From the NCBI RefSeq assembly GCF_963921235.1, contig NC_086105.1, positions 57,908,001 through 57,972,000 of the forward strand: a stretch of 64,000 nt of DNA. Reading direction: 5' to 3'. This document shows positions 63,282 through 64,000 of the stretch, in pieces (positions within the stretch are counted from its first letter, which is position 1; each line of letters opens with the position of its first letter). Under the pieces are notes generated by a model, which saw nothing but the letters and a program-made list of their open reading frames with translations, had not been told where the DNA came from and searched no databases. This stretch comes from Mobula hypostoma. Taxonomy: Eukaryota. The translations under genes and the position numbers were made by a program.

Positions 63282-64000
63282 TGTTATTCCTCTTGCGACG
63301 GGGTCCTGAATTACCCCTATAAATGGTGCTCGATTACCCCTATGAACTGTGCTTTTGAAAAGAGAGAGAGAGTTATTTAACACAAACACCTTTAAAAGAG
63401 AAAGAGAGAGAGACGAAGACTGCTCAAAGGTTGTTTATACTTTCTCCGAGGACATTGCCTGCTTGTACAGACAGAGAAGGGAGGTGTTATTTGAGAGACA
63501 GTTGGTACTCCCTACGGTGAGATAAATAGTAGGTCAGATGACAGATCTGAGACACATGATTTTGGACACTGAATGAGCTTTGTTGTGCCCACAGAAAAAA
63601 ATGGATTTTGGAGGATTGATCAGTGGCTCTCGCAGTGTGAACAGGGTATGACCAGTGGGGAGTTATTCATGTTGTCAACCCCCGTCTGGGTTGACAGCTC
63701 CACCACAGAAGAACTGTGCCCTTTGTTGTGGTCACAGTCGGTGACTTTTAAAGGATTTCGGAGGACAACGGGAAGATTGACAGTCAGCTCACCTGAAGAC
63801 TCAAATCTCTCCCTCTCGCTCTCTCCATCACTACTCAACTCAATACCATGAACTGAACTGAACTTTACTCATCATCGTAAGTCTGTCTCTATTTACCTCT
63901 AGACTTGAAGAAGCTTGGTTTTCATATAGTTCCACACTTACTGATATACTTACTTACATATAATCATTGCTAATCTGTTTGATTTATCTGCATTTATTTC
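63282..64000 (+). mobile_element. LTR distantly related to 59601-60475; runs off the right edge
   Basis: Starts TGTTA; shares GGTCACAGTCGGTGAC, GAACTGAACTG and ATTTACC..TAGAC in the same order. Confidence 0.65.

Noticed and set aside
1-64000. CRISPR arrays, rRNA genes or prokaryotic operons
   Set aside because: None seen; the sequence is eukaryotic and retroelement-dominated.

Overview
Repeat-saturated vertebrate DNA. The retroelement mix (CR1, Rex1/Babar, RTE, Penelope-like, HE1/V-SINE-like) and the GPR139-like receptor suggest a cartilaginous fish, probably a ray (inference). Most of the window is nested, decayed transposable elements, several with readable target-site duplications (TSDs). 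The only confidently identified host coding sequence is the main exon of a GPR139-like class A GPCR (minus strand, 56922-57823); its first exon was not found. A few weak exon candidates of an unidentified minus-strand gene are noted. Best observations: (1) a complete TSD-flanked 2.0 kb L1 with an intact ORF1 but almost no ORF2 (half-L1-like); (2) a Penelope-like insertion with an intact minimal, dimer-type hammerhead ribozyme motif, plus decayed copies; (3) a tRNA-headed SINE with a bipartite RTE tail; (4) a young CR1 whose reading frame is broken only by a solo LTR; (5) a decayed ERV-like provirus and a CpG-rich Gypsy element. All calls were made by eye with no database search. Coordinates of old fragments are approximate. 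No convincingly new biological system is demonstrated.
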